Both the position numbers and the translations under genes were made by a program. A DNA stretch of 64,000 nt, from NCBI RefSeq assembly GCF_000497125.1, contig NC_090597.1, positions 1,313,797 through 1,377,796 on the forward strand. Direction: 5' to 3'. The notes below the pieces were generated by a model. The model did not search any database. It saw only the letters and a program-made list of their open reading frames with translations, and was not told the origin of the DNA. The DNA is from Spironucleus salmonicida. Lineage: Eukaryota. Numbering within the stretch: position 1 is the first letter of the stretch; each line of letters starts with the position of its first letter. Positions 63,401-64,000 of this stretch are shown here, one piece after another.

Positions 63401-64000
63401 CAAAAATCAATGTTATTACGTGAATCTGGAACTGGAATATCCCTTTATACCTCTTTATTGTAATCATTATAATCAGATACATTTGTTTAACATATTTTTG
63501 ATTAAGATGAAATAGCTAATATAATGAAAATATTATCATTAAATTTAGAATTTAATGTAGAAATGGATATAAAAGATTTAATTGGAATTTTAGGGGTTAC
63601 ATTTTCTTTACTAATAATTGATGATACACCAATCTCAAATAATATTTTATAAGAATTCTCTAAAAGTTCACTTAATAATGATAATGTCTAAAATATGGGA
63701 AGGATCGGAAATATTATTGAAAATTATGTCAATAATTAAGATATAGATTTATTACGTGATCAGAAGCATGATTAACATGTTACTTCCAATATGGGGCTTT
63801 AAATTAACAAGTTCAATACTGTATTTTATTAATAGTTTGATATTTTAAAATTATTTAAAATTTCGAACTGTTCATTCCCAGAAAATTTTGCAATAATGGA
63901 CAAATTTGGTATTTAATTTAAATAAATCTAGGTGGATTTTGCAAACATATCCGTATAAATTTATAAATAAATAATGATAATCTCAGGAGATTGGAATGTT
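51452..64000 (+). CDS. Giant divergent dynein-heavy-chain-like protein, 3'-partial (>4,180 codons)
   Basis: One frame open at all points sampled from MHNKTVKINVPD to the window end; AAA1-like segment at ~56800-57400; P-loop FGVIGEAGIGKS at ~60250. Confidence 0.6.

Noticed and set aside
1-64000. tRNA, rRNA and canonical cis-introns
   Set aside because: No T-loop/cloverleaf, rRNA-like tract or donor-plus-branch-point pair seen by eye; a covariance-model scan would be needed to exclude small RNAs.

Overview
AT-rich, very gene-dense, apparently intron-less eukaryotic DNA. It uses TAA/TAG = Gln with TGA as the only stop (translation table 6), so the supplied standard-code ORF track fragments almost every gene. 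The code, AGTGA-type stop contexts, C-rich initiator motifs and gene content point to a hexamitid diplomonad, most likely Spironucleus (salmonicida-like). Re-reading by eye in table 6 gives about 40 CDS, including MsrB, a PNPOx-like flavoprotein, NOB1, an Rbx1/Apc11-type RING-H2, WDR63/DNAI3, an MFS transporter, CFAP57, an RIIa protein, an importin-beta family member, Myb, NAA30, CFAP251, CK2-beta, a stand-alone CBM48, AP mu, NEK, a degenerate CTP synthase, calcineurin B and a >4,180-codon dynein-heavy-chain-like ORF. The most striking structure is a 1,219-bp near-identical GC-rich inverted repeat (5425-6643 / 22549-23767) enclosing about 16 kb. Its edge cuts through an intact gene whose codon usage switches from AT-rich to GC-rich at the boundary. 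This suggests GC-biased gene conversion between the arms and a past or still-flipping inversion. A CCGCAAAA(T)ATG start-context motif is shared by four axonemal genes. All family assignments are by motif recognition, without database searches.
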